Assembly: GCA_043228905.1 (NCBI GenBank)
Contig: JBHGNT010000015.1
Location: 3,100,001-3,164,000, forward strand
Direction: 5' to 3'
Length of the DNA: 64,000 nucleotides
From: Azolla caroliniana
Taxonomy: Eukaryota > Plantae > Polypodiophyta
The notes under the pieces are model-generated. The model ran no database searches and was not told where the DNA came from. It worked only from the letters and a program-made list of their open reading frames with translations. This document shows positions 38,395-49,144 of the stretch, piece by piece. How positions within the stretch are numbered: the first letter of the stretch is position 1; every line of letters starts with the position of its first letter. Made by a program: the position numbers and the translations under genes.

Positions 38395-41300
38395 ATGACT
38401 AGACCAACGCACGACTTGGTTACAGACCGAGCTCGACGCCTCGCCGAACGGCAAAGACGGCGTGAGACTTTCCAGCAAGCAGCACAGGAAATTCGCTCGG
38501 ATCGTTCGTTCTCCAACGAGATCCGGAGAGTTGCGGAGGAATCTCTCCGGTTACGGCAAACTCGCGACCAGGACGACGGAAGCAGTCTAAGTAGTCTCCG
38601 GGAAACAGAACGCCTCCTGGAGGCACTGGCAAGCGGAGAAAACGAGGCGGAAGCCTTTTCAGCCTACGAATCGGATTCCGAAGGGGGATACAGCGTGCAC
38701 ACGAACTACCGGAGCAGCAACGATACCCCCGGCGGCCCGGAGGACGACGGGTCGGATACCGTGCCGACTCCAGAACCGGAACCGCTCAACCAGGGCTATC
38801 CGGAACCGCAAACGGAAACCGTCAACCCACCAACACCGGAAGTGGAAGAAGCAAAACCACCGACACCAACGAAAGAGCCGGCAAAGGTACCGGAAGAAGA
38901 GTCGGTGAAGGAACCGGAAAAAGCACCGGCAAAAGAACCGGAAGTGGAACCGGAGAGAAAACCCGAAAGTTATCAACAAACGCCACTAAACCGCGGCCTA
39001 ATACTGGACGACGACATGCCGTTCCAATACTCAAAGTATCGCGATGATCCGGACGCGGAAGCGCATGTTGATGACTTCGAGCAGACATGGGAAGCAAATC
39101 ACACGTCCCAGCGAATGACACCGGAGGAAGAAGAACGCTCGAAGATAGCGGAATTCGGAGTCACGTTGGAGGGACCAGCGACACGATGGCGGCGGTCGCA
39201 GGACCCGGCGACCATCACAACCTTTGCAGAATTAAAAGCAAAATTCTTGCATTTTTTCCACAAGGAGGTCGACCAGACGACAATGGTGGGCCTGTTTTAT
39301 ACGATCCGGCAGGAGGCAGGGGAAAGCATTCCCCAATTCATCATCCGTTTCCAACGAATGCATAGCCAGCTTGCCCGTGCACCCCCGGAGGAGGAATTAC
39401 GGACGATATTTTTAAACGCACTACGGGAACCGTTACGCACGGTGTGTACGGTAATCGACTTTCGAGGATGCACCATCGACCAGGTCATTGACCGGGTCAG
39501 AGAAATGGAAAAGACAAGCTCATGGCTTATGCTGGGAACACTGCAACGGGCGTTACCCACCGAGGAAGATCTCCGGTTCCGGCAGGCAATTCAATGCACA
39601 ATCTGCTTGAATGCCGGACACTCGGCAGTAGAGTGCACCATGCGCACTCAGTGTGTGATTTGTCAATCCAAGAGTCATACAACGGACCGGTGCGAGTACA
39701 ACCTGTTAAACCGACAAGCACCACCCGTCCGACGGATCGAGCCAAGAAGCAGCCAAGACGAAGATGAAGATCGTTGGCAAAAAATGAACCGGTACCGACC
39801 GGCACAGGATGTCCGGTACGGAGACAGGCAAGATAATGATGGCCGATACGGGAATCGGCGTGATAACTACGACCGGTATGATCGATCGGACCGTTATCGG
39901 GAGCCCAATAGACGACACGAGCAATACGACAGAGACCATTCCCCTGGTTACCGACGGCACCAGGAGGACTATGGCCGATTTTACGATCCACCACGACCGG
40001 ACTACCGAAATAAAAATAAGAATAATAAGAAACGTAATTTCAAGAAAGGTGGTCACCCTAGGGACCCGGAACATGGAACCCCAAGGAGCCAACCGGCACA
40101 GAACGCACCACTCGCTACGGGACCGACTCCGGCTACCAGCAATGCTGAATCCAGCAATACCCGTAAAGAGTACTGCTACTACTGCAGGCAAGAAGGCCAC
40201 TACAGTAACCAGTGCCCGGTAAAGAGCTACGAAAAACGACCAGCAGTTAATATGGTGGTTCCGGAAGTGACGGATGTACAGCAAGTAACCACACGGTCGA
40301 AAGGCATAGCCAAAGAGTGGGAAACACAAGAGGCCATACGAAAGCAGGCGACGGAATGGGTGAAGGAAGCCAACGAAAGGAACGTCGCGGACGCGGAACG
40401 GCAAAAGGCGAATACCATAGGGAGTGCCGGCGGTAGCCACCCAGAAAACGAGACATGGCAAGCACTGCAAGAATGTCAGATCACGTTACCATTAGGAAGA
40501 CTCTTGCAGCTCGTGCCGCGATTCACAGAAGGACTAAAAACGGTCATGACAGACGGTATAGCCCAACCGGCACCAGTCCTCTTCTCGAATCCGGAGGAGG
40601 GACCGACGGTGGTGGACACTAGTAGTCCGGTGCTCACAGCTATTGTCAAAGGGCACGAACTTCCCGACACAATAATCGATGGAGGTTCCGGAGTGAACGT
40701 AATAAGCCTTCGCACGTGTGATGCCTTGGGTATACATGAATGGGAGCCATGTCCGTTCTGGCTACGGATGGCGGATACGAGCTCTGTACGGCCGACGGGC
40801 TTAATACGGAAATTGGAAGTCACCATAGGAGGCCACAAATTTCACATCTCGGCTGTAGTGCTGCAGCTACAGGCGCAAGGCGCGTACCCACTGCTGCTGG
40901 GCAGACCATGGTTGAAAACAGCACACATCAAGCAAAATTGGCGAAAAAATATGATTACCTTCCGGCGCGGAAAAGCCAAGGTCCGGGTACCGACACAACC
41001 ACGGACGAGCAACGGTAAGGAATGCACACCGCTGTATGCGGAATGTGTGAACATGCTTGAAGGATTGGCAGACGACGAAGAAGCCCAGTACTTGGAGGAA
41101 CACCCGAAGATCGTACCACTCTTCGAGATTGACGTAGCTGAAGCCGTAGCCCCATACTTGCCGCAGCGGGACGACACCGAAGCCGAACCAGACAAAGATG
41201 CGATTCGGGAATTACGGCAAGCACAGGAAGCCTTGGAACGGGAAATGGCCGTTTCCCAACGGGTAAAAGCATCCCAGCTCGACGAAGTGAACCTAGGAAG

Positions 41301-43662
41301 CAAGGACGAATCAAAGCCGGTACACATCGCCAAAGAAATGAAGCCGGAAGATAAAGGGGCGATGATCAAACTTCTCACGGAGTTTCGCGACGTATTCGCC
41401 TGGTCATACGAAGACATGCGAGGGTTGGACCCTCAATTATATCAGCATCAGATCCACTTAGGCAAGGACGCGAAACCAGTGGCGCAAAGACGATACCGAA
41501 TGAACCCCAACTACGCCGCCAAAGTGAAGGAGGAAATCGACAAACTCCTAAGAGTGGGCTTCATCCGGCCGGTAAAGAAGGCGACGTGGCTGAGCCCCAT
41601 CGTCGTCGTCCCAAAGAAGAACGGTAAAATCCGTGTGTGTGTAGATTACAGGAAACTAAATGCCGCCACAATTACGGATGCATTCCCTCTTCCGTTCACG
41701 GATGGAGTACTGGATGCCGTCGCCGGCCATGACGTTTATAGCTTTTTAGACGGCTTCAGCGGATACAATCAAATCCGGATGCACCCCGACGACCAGGAGA
41801 AGACAGCGTTCGTCACCGAATGGGGGGTGTTTGTGGCCGAAGTCATGATGTTCGGCCTAAAAACGGCACCAGCAACTTTCCAGCGAATCATCATGGAGAT
41901 CTTCGGCGAATACATTCCTGCCTTCATGCAAGTTTTCCTGGATGATTTTGCAGTCTATAGCCGGGGAAAAGACCATTTGCAGCACCTACGGTTATGCCTT
42001 GAAAAGTGTAGGTTATACCGGCTAAGCTTAAACCCAGCAAAATGCATCTTTGGGGTTTCAAGTGGAATATTGCTGGGACACATTGTAAGTAAGGAGGGCA
42101 TTGCGGTCGACCCGGACAAAGTAAACGCCATACTAGGGGCACCGGCGCCGAAAACGGCCAAAGCACTAAGCCGATTCTTAGGACAGATCCGGTGGCACAG
42201 CCGGATGCTCCGTCACTTGGCTGACTTGGCTACACCATTACACACCGCGGTACATCGGACACCGTTCCAATGGACGGATACGGAGGATAAGGCATACAAT
42301 GCCCTGAAGGTACTTTTATCGCAGGCACCCATCGTGCAGCCTCCGGATTGGAGCAAGGAATTTCATGTGTTCGTGGACGCTTCCGACATCGCTATCGGCA
42401 GCGCCTTAATGCAACTTACGGAGCCTAAATGGTACCGGCCGGTATATTACGCCAGCCGGAAGCTGTCCCAAGCGGAGAAGAACTATTCAACGACGAAACG
42501 GGAGGCCCTGGGCATGATCTACAGTGTAACAAAGTTTCGTCACTACCTATTGGGAAGGAAGTTCTCCTTCCATGTGGATCACTCGGCGCTCCTCTACTTA
42601 GTTTCCAAGGCGTCCTTGACCGGTAAGTTGGCCCGTTGGACCTTGCTGTTGCAGGAGTTCGAATTCGAGATTTTCCACCGGCCCGGTATCCAGCATGCCG
42701 TAGCAGACTACCTGAGCCGGTTAGAGTCCGGAGAACCAGGCGACGGAGTAGCGGATGAATTCCCGGACGCGGAGTTATTCCGTATCACCCCGGACACGGC
42801 AGCGGACGACACGGTGGCATCAGAAGATAAATGGCTGACAAACATGCACCAGTTCCTAAGCACGGGCCTGCCACCGGAGGAAATGAACCGGGACGAGAGG
42901 AAACGACTGGCGGTGCAGAGCCGCAATTTCTGTCTGTTACGGGACACTCTCTACCACAAAGGAGCAGATGGAATATGGAGACGGGCAGTCCGTAGTGACG
43001 AGAAAGAAGTAATCTTACGGGAAGCACACTGTGGGGTTGCCGGAGGACACTATGCCGGGGAAGCGACGGCGAGGAAAGTATGGCAGAGCGGCTTATGGTG
43101 GCCCACGACGTTAAAAGACGCCGTCAAGTATGCTAAGGAATGTGACCTATGCCAACGAATGGGCCAGCCTACGGAGCAAGCACGGATGCCACACCAACCG
43201 GTACTTCCACTAGAGCCATTCCAGAAGTGGGGGTTGGATTTTGTCGGACCGTTCAAGCCACCGGCAATGAGAACAGGTAATCGTTATGTCATCGTGGCAA
43301 CGGATTATTGCACGAAATGGGTGGAAGCTAAGGCCCTGAGAGACAACACCGCGTCATCCACAGCAAAATTCCTGTACGAAAACATTTGGTGCCGGTATGG
43401 ATGTCCGATTGAATTAATCAGCGACCAAGGAGGCCACTTCCTTGGCCAGGTAGTGGAAAGCTTAACCACGTTCTATGCCATGGTCCATAAACGAAGCACA
43501 CCGTACTACCCACAGGCGAACGGATTAGCAGAGTCCACCAACAAAACGCTGCAGAACATTCTCCGCAAAATTGTCAATGAAAACCGGACGGACTGGGACA
43601 CAAAGCTCCATAGTGGAAAAGGTATGAACGGGTGTGAAAGCAAGGCGCGAAAAGGTACGTAG
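38395..43662 (+). CDS. Gag-Pol polyprotein of element D (single frame; integrase C-terminus truncated)
   Basis: 1755 aa: gag core, three CX2CX4HX4C knuckles, protease IIDGGSGVN, RT FLDGFSGYNQI..FLDDF, RNase H VDASD..HAVADYLSR, integrase HCGVAGGH..CDLC and D(FVG)-D(QG)-E. Integrase similarity ends abruptly after DWDTKLHS. Confidence 0.95.
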   Translation: MTRPTHDLVTDRARRLAERQRRRETFQQAAQEIRSDRSFSNEIRRVAEESLRLRQTRDQDDGSSLSSLRETERLLEALASGENEAEAFSAYESDSEGGYSVHTNYRSSNDTPGGPEDDGSDTVPTPEPEPLNQGYPEPQTETVNPPTPEVEEAKPPTPTKEPAKVPEEESVKEPEKAPAKEPEVEPERKPESYQQTPLNRGLILDDDMPFQYSKYRDDPDAEAHVDDFEQTWEANHTSQRMTPEEEERSKIAEFGVTLEGPATRWRRSQDPATITTFAELKAKFLHFFHKEVDQTTMVGLFYTIRQEAGESIPQFIIRFQRMHSQLARAPPEEELRTIFLNALREPLRTVCTVIDFRGCTIDQVIDRVREMEKTSSWLMLGTLQRALPTEEDLRFRQAIQCTICLNAGHSAVECTMRTQCVICQSKSHTTDRCEYNLLNRQAPPVRRIEPRSSQDEDEDRWQKMNRYRPAQDVRYGDRQDNDGRYGNRRDNYDRYDRSDRYREPNRRHEQYDRDHSPGYRRHQEDYGRFYDPPRPDYRNKNKNNKKRNFKKGGHPRDPEHGTPRSQPAQNAPLATGPTPATSNAESSNTRKEYCYYCRQEGHYSNQCPVKSYEKRPAVNMVVPEVTDVQQVTTRSKGIAKEWETQEAIRKQATEWVKEANERNVADAERQKANTIGSAGGSHPENETWQALQECQITLPLGRLLQLVPRFTEGLKTVMTDGIAQPAPVLFSNPEEGPTVVDTSSPVLTAIVKGHELPDTIIDGGSGVNVISLRTCDALGIHEWEPCPFWLRMADTSSVRPTGLIRKLEVTIGGHKFHISAVVLQLQAQGAYPLLLGRPWLKTAHIKQNWRKNMITFRRGKAKVRVPTQPRTSNGKECTPLYAECVNMLEGLADDEEAQYLEEHPKIVPLFEIDVAEAVAPYLPQRDDTEAEPDKDAIRELRQAQEALEREMAVSQRVKASQLDEVNLGSKDESKPVHIAKEMKPEDKGAMIKLLTEFRDVFAWSYEDMRGLDPQLYQHQIHLGKDAKPVAQRRYRMNPNYAAKVKEEIDKLLRVGFIRPVKKATWLSPIVVVPKKNGKIRVCVDYRKLNAATITDAFPLPFTDGVLDAVAGHDVYSFLDGFSGYNQIRMHPDDQEKTAFVTEWGVFVAEVMMFGLKTAPATFQRIIMEIFGEYIPAFMQVFLDDFAVYSRGKDHLQHLRLCLEKCRLYRLSLNPAKCIFGVSSGILLGHIVSKEGIAVDPDKVNAILGAPAPKTAKALSRFLGQIRWHSRMLRHLADLATPLHTAVHRTPFQWTDTEDKAYNALKVLLSQAPIVQPPDWSKEFHVFVDASDIAIGSALMQLTEPKWYRPVYYASRKLSQAEKNYSTTKREALGMIYSVTKFRHYLLGRKFSFHVDHSALLYLVSKASLTGKLARWTLLLQEFEFEIFHRPGIQHAVADYLSRLESGEPGDGVADEFPDAELFRITPDTAADDTVASEDKWLTNMHQFLSTGLPPEEMNRDERKRLAVQSRNFCLLRDTLYHKGADGIWRRAVRSDEKEVILREAHCGVAGGHYAGEATARKVWQSGLWWPTTLKDAVKYAKECDLCQRMGQPTEQARMPHQPVLPLEPFQKWGLDFVGPFKPPAMRTGNRYVIVATDYCTKWVEAKALRDNTASSTAKFLYENIWCRYGCPIELISDQGGHFLGQVVESLTTFYAMVHKRSTPYYPQANGLAESTNKTLQNILRKIVNENRTDWDTKLHSGKGMNGCESKARKGT

Positions 43663-43933
43663 TGGGCATTTAAGAGCCGCCACGCTACTTAATACTAAAT
43701 TGGTACACGACGTGTGCATGCTCGAAAAAGGTGCCAAAACGCACAAAGAAGAAGCAGAACGCATGGAGACCTTTTCATTTCGCGAGCCAAGAAGCACAGA
43801 AGCACCAAGGCAGTGGAAGCTGAGCAAACGCGAACCTGCACGCAGAGAACCCCCGCGCTCAGAACGCTCTCTCTCTCGCTCTCACTCTCATCACCACTCT
43901 ACTTCGCCATCTTTCCTCGACCTCGAAGCAGAC

Positions 43934-46633
43934 ATGGAACCACAAACGCTGTCGGAAGCGGCCAGGAAATGGTTCAGGCAACACGGACTGGAGGGCTTCT
44001 TGGCCATCATGGAAGCACCACCGCACAGAGAAGCCGACCAGGTCATCAAGGAGCTCGACAAGGAAGTCATCACCGAGGAAGCGATCCGTGCGCTAACAGG
44101 CCTTCCGGAGGGAGGAATTTTTCAGATTGATAATCCAACCTCGAAGCAACTCACCCGATATTTCGGTGAGTACTCTGTTGCCGGCAAAGGCTATCGAACG
44201 CAGGGCGGCGAAGATCCGCTGTTCAGGGAGATAGCTCGAGTGCTCCATGAGTACGGCCACGTGTACCCCCGACCCCCTGTCATGGCAAAAAATCGGGCAG
44301 GGATGATCATAGCCACCTATGAAGGGACCAAGGTGGATTGGCCGGTGTTGATTGCAGACGGTTTGTGCGTGGCAATCGACATGGTACGAGGAAAGGACGG
44401 CAAGGAGGGCCGGAAGCTGTGGCATGCCGTCGCTCAGTGGATAACATTGCTCGTGCCGCCGGTCGAGACCGTTCAGCCAAAGAAGCGGCCAAGAGTATCG
44501 GAAGGAAGCACCTCGAAGCCGGCGTCCAAACGACAGCAGCTGCTGGCGTCGAAGGCGACGAAAGGGAAGAAACGGGTCCCAGAACCGGAGGAGGTGTCAC
44601 CGGTCCGACCCGTCAAGATAACCTTACGGAGACCGGGACAGAAGGAACCGGAACCCTTGACGGCACAGAAACATGCCGTGACACAGGAAGAGGAAACGGA
44701 GGAGCCAGAAGAGCACCTCCAACGACGGTCAAGAAGTAGGGCCGCCGAGACAGGAGGGGAGCGGTCGTACCCGCGAGAGGCAGAAACGCCCCCAACTCAA
44801 CCTGAGCAAACCACAAGGGAAGAACCGGAACCGGTGCGTAGGGAACCGGTCTTGTCGACTTCTATAGAAGAAGTCAGTCCAACGGCTCCGGAGACGGCGA
44901 GAACCGGAACTCAACAGCCGGCGAGCCCAGCCAGAGCACACGGCGGCCAAGGAGTAGAACCAGAACGGCATATGCAGGCACTCAGGCCAGACAATTCCAC
45001 AGGGAATGAGCCGACCCGACCAGTACAGCAACAAGGCACCAGTAGCATGTGGCTACGGTGGGTAGGCGAGCAAATCGCCGGAGCGGTCGAGTATATAGAG
45101 GCGGAAGAGAGAGCGCACCAGGAACGGTTGCTCGTCACAACCGTAGATCTAGAGACGGCCCGATCCAGAATCCGGAGCCTTGAACAAGACTTGGACAGGG
45201 TCACAAGGGAAATGGCTCAATTCGCTTTGACAACACAAGTCCAAGCACCGGTGACTCTGGGCAATGTACAGAATAAAGTGTCAAATCAACCTGTACATAG
45301 CAATCAGACCCCGGCAACGGAAACCGTTCCGGAGAGAAATGCGGCACAAGCCCAAGAGCTTGCGGATTTAAAGGATGAGCTAGCTGCCCAAGAAGCGCTG
45401 AGGAGCCGCGAAAGAGAATTGAAGACGGCAGCGGAGGCAGAACTCAAAAAGACTGCTGAGAATCTACGCCGGGCCGAGGAGAGCTTACGGAAAGGCCACC
45501 AAGCGTACGACCGGCTCAAGGAGGAGAAGGAGAAAATGCTGCAAGAGAAGGAGAGGCTCCGGAGGAACGCCGAAACAGAAGTAGAGCGCCTGAAAGAGGA
45601 ACTCCGGCAGGTAAAGGACCGGGAGGACCGGAACCATCGCCAGATCAACGGCAAGCTCAAACAAAAAACGGAGGAATTTGAGCAATTGCACCGGGAGTAT
45701 AAACGGTTGCAAACGGAGCACAAGGAACGGACGGATGAGCTCCGGCAAGCAGTTGATCGGACCGCAACCGCATTCGCCAAGGAACAAGCGGAAAACAGAA
45801 GACGGTTGGAAGAGGCGGAGAAGGTTCGGACAGAGCTCCTCAGGCAACAGCAGGCGGAAAAAGAAAGAGCGGCGGAGGTACTGCAAAGGCTGCAAACGAC
45901 ATATCAAGGGCAGCTGACGCGCTACAGAGAGCAGGCGGAGGATACGGCAAATCTCATCAAGCAGTTGAAGGAGGAGCGACAAGTGGTGGAAAGCAGAGCA
46001 CAAATGGGAGCAAGTCGCATCCAGGATATAATGCGGGCCTGGTTGAACCAGACCAAGACCTTGATTGACAACGGTTCCGTCAAATGGTGGACCAAGTGGG
46101 CCACGAACGCGGCGGAACTCCAATTGCTCCGGGCCGACGTAGAGAATCGGCGGAAGGAGGGAGATGATTGCTATATGCTGAATTCTGAAGATTTCACCGG
46201 CATAAGAGATGAGCTGGCCGAAGACTTTCAAGCCTTGGCAGAGGACCAACTAGAGCAAGTCCGGCAACTTGTAGCTCAGCTGGACGACGACAGGCTGGAG
46301 GCGCAGATCCAGTTTGAAAGCTACGAGAGGTCCCGGATCCGGGAAGAGAAAGAACGAGAACCAGTTACGGTCAACCTCAGTGATGAGGAACCCTTACTGG
46401 AAGGAGACCGGACCGGAAGCAGTCAAACGGAGATGCCGGAGCCAGAGAGACAAACGGAGCAGCCGGAGTCAGCGAAACAAACGGAGCAGCAGCAGCAAGC
46501 AGAGCAGCCGGAGCAGCCTCAGTCCCAACCGCAACCACAGCAGCAGCAGCAAGCACAGCCGCAACAACCACAACCGGAAGAACAAGTGGAAATTCTTGAA
46601 CAAAGTAATTTGGACAATTTGGGTGAACAATGA
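43934..46633 (+). CDS. Additional 3' ORF of element D (~899 aa; globular N-domain, disordered linker, long coiled coil, Q/P-rich tail)
   Basis: Uninterrupted frame (open from 43634). Likely start is MEPQTLSE at 43934, after a CT-rich tract; the ORF ends ~50 bp before the 3' LTR. Confidence 0.85.
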   Translation: MEPQTLSEAARKWFRQHGLEGFLAIMEAPPHREADQVIKELDKEVITEEAIRALTGLPEGGIFQIDNPTSKQLTRYFGEYSVAGKGYRTQGGEDPLFREIARVLHEYGHVYPRPPVMAKNRAGMIIATYEGTKVDWPVLIADGLCVAIDMVRGKDGKEGRKLWHAVAQWITLLVPPVETVQPKKRPRVSEGSTSKPASKRQQLLASKATKGKKRVPEPEEVSPVRPVKITLRRPGQKEPEPLTAQKHAVTQEEETEEPEEHLQRRSRSRAAETGGERSYPREAETPPTQPEQTTREEPEPVRREPVLSTSIEEVSPTAPETARTGTQQPASPARAHGGQGVEPERHMQALRPDNSTGNEPTRPVQQQGTSSMWLRWVGEQIAGAVEYIEAEERAHQERLLVTTVDLETARSRIRSLEQDLDRVTREMAQFALTTQVQAPVTLGNVQNKVSNQPVHSNQTPATETVPERNAAQAQELADLKDELAAQEALRSRERELKTAAEAELKKTAENLRRAEESLRKGHQAYDRLKEEKEKMLQEKERLRRNAETEVERLKEELRQVKDREDRNHRQINGKLKQKTEEFEQLHREYKRLQTEHKERTDELRQAVDRTATAFAKEQAENRRRLEEAEKVRTELLRQQQAEKERAAEVLQRLQTTYQGQLTRYREQAEDTANLIKQLKEERQVVESRAQMGASRIQDIMRAWLNQTKTLIDNGSVKWWTKWATNAAELQLLRADVENRRKEGDDCYMLNSEDFTGIRDELAEDFQALAEDQLEQVRQLVAQLDDDRLEAQIQFESYERSRIREEKEREPVTVNLSDEEPLLEGDRTGSSQTEMPEPERQTEQPESAKQTEQQQQAEQPEQPQSQPQPQQQQQAQPQQPQPEEQVEILEQSNLDNLGEQ

Positions 46634-49144
46634 AGGGGCCGAGAAGGGTTCGACGTACAAGGTACTGTCCCACGGGCGTGCCATGTGTTACCGGCCGGCA
46701 AGGAGTCCAAAATACGGAGTGAAGGAATTAATTAGATATGGTTGTAAATGAGCATAGTGTGGACGGACGGACTGGAAACGGTATGCCGTTCCAGATCCAG
46801 ACGGATCCCGAATAGGTGCGAGAGGCACCGTTTTGTACTACGGGCCGGAAACCTATTTAAAGGCCCGGACCCCATTGTAATCGCAGCGGATAATTAATAG
46901 AGCTTATGTTGTTTATACTTCTGTCTTGATTTCCGTTCTGTAATTACTGTTATATCTTACGCGTGTAATTAACCGAAGCATTCTAATCGTGTAACCTATG
47001 TAAGTCGGTGTAATCGTTGAATCTTAATCCTATGCCGTAATCACCCTTTGGTGAAGTGTCTCCGTGACACCTTGTGTTAGGCCTTGTCCGGCTAGAGAAT
47101 AACAACACCTTGTCGTCCATATGCACCATAAGATAATGGGTGCAAGCAGCATCCATAGATCTCCAATTTTCTTCTTTTGTGCAATAACTCTAGGTACCTT
47201 TTCATCTATGATAAGCCAGATAGATCCATTCTCCCCTTTGTACATTACTTTGCAGGTGCTATCATATTTCTCCACATCATCATCAAGACAGTTCCAGTAA
47301 GCATGTCTTCATTTGAGGGTAAATGAGCTAGAGGCATGTCATAGCAATTGTAATGCCCTTCCCCATATAGCCGCAGCCTCACGACATTCCCATAGACAAT
47401 GGGGAATGCTTTCTAACTCTCCACATGCACTACATATGGGGTCTACATTGGGCCATTTGCCCCACATCCCTATCGACAAATGCTCTATGCACAATAAGCC
47501 ATAAGCACATCATTATCTTGTGGTCACCACTACCATGTCATATCATTTTCCAGATTTGATCTAATCACGTTTCAATAATGCCCTCCTATATCCAATATTT
47601 TTATGTTGCAATATCTTCGTGTTCTTGTTCTAGAATAATTTGCCTCTTGATTTTCGCGTTGTACCTAAAAAACTAAACCAACTTTGCACCCCCAATTCGC
47701 CCTTGAGTTCTCCAAAAATACATTGTCGGGTCCAAAGATAGTTGATCTAAATGCCCTTCTATCGGCTACCACATTGTTATCTCACTTAACTTTGGGTCAA
47801 TCATCATATACTTTCAACTTTTTGCAATCATTCAATGTTCTATTTTGTAGTAGCATGCCTCATTAGATCTAGTTTTCATTCCCTTAATTCCACTTAGATA
47901 GTTTCCAACATTTATAAGTCTCATCCATTCAATTTCAAGGATAATTATATCTTCATCTTCCAAGGCTTGCCTGCTACATGCAATGGCATCTGTAATTCTC
48001 TTGAGCATGTTTTTACCTCTGCTTATCCTCCATATCCTAGCCTTTTGAGTGCCTACATCATTAGATAGAAATCTCTTCCAGTCCGCTAACGCATTCCCTT
48101 AGGCCTTGATTTAGTTGGCCCATTTGAAGCTTGTTTTTTGTCCTATCATCAACCCATCCACATCTCTGATCAATGGGTTCCCCACAATTGGCATGTACAT
48201 CCGGGCATATGCATCATTCCTCCACCTACATGTGATCCCCTTTCTAATTCCCTACCACACCTTCATAATTCCAATAGCACATATACTCTGAATATATATA
48301 TCCCCAACATTTGGGTCGCATTTCTGGCACAAATCCCTAGAAAGGGTTGCTTGGCCAACTTCCACCTTGTCTCAACAACCACATCTTCCATCCTCATCTC
48401 CATAGAATTTTCCAAGGTGCCTCAAGTGGTTGCAAGCTCCCGACCACCAATTTCCCTAACAAGGCCTTCATTTGCACCATGGGATCTACTCATCCCACCT
48501 CGCCTTCACTTTTGCCTTTTATAAGCTTGGTCCAGGCAACCTTTGCACGAGCATGTTTTTCCTCAGTGCTCCCCCATAAGAAATTTCTGATAAGCCTTTT
48601 TATCAATTTCATCAACTTGCATGTAGCAATATGCCATATAGTGGCCATTAGAATCTGATTTGCAATAAGAATCTTGCTTGCAAAGGATAGTTTTCTAGCA
48701 TTCCACCAAATTAGCTTGGCTTTTTTTTTGTCCACTAGTAGATTGTAGTGTTCTGATCGATCAATGTCCATACCGATTTTGAAACCCATGTATCTAATAG
48801 CTTCTCCTCTTCACAACAATTTGAAATTGGGGTTCAGAGCCCAATTTAACATAGGCTTATTATTAATCCTGATACCCACTAATTTATTCCAATTTATTTT
48901 AGCACCCAAGCCCCTGCAGAACTCATCAATTGCATTTTGCAATCTGTCCAAGTTGGTTGCATTACCCTTAATGTAAACTGTTGCGTCATCTGCATATTTT
49001 GTATCAATCAACATTCCTACATCATCAAGCAAGGGGAGGCCTTGTATTTGCCCAAATCTATTTGCAATTTGATAATGCAAAGCTTATGTTGCAATAATGA
49101 ATAGGTATGGGGCTAGTGGACATCTCTTGTGTACCGATTGTGAC

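Larger units (their letters stand above)
37925..47104 (+). mobile_element. Young non-chromovirus Ty3/gypsy element D (Athila/Tat-related RT, no archaeal-type RNase H) with an extra 3' ORF
   Basis: 419-bp TG..CA LTRs at 37925-38343 and 46686-47104 with one visible mismatch. TSD ACACC (37920-37924 / 47105-47109). PBS TGGCGACCAC at 38350-38359 (tRNA-Arg-like). Confidence 0.96.

Noticed and set aside
38269-46751. Many antisense or overlapping ORFs within element D and the other retroelements
   Set aside because: They are shadow ORFs of GC-rich coding sequence with no recognisable motifs.
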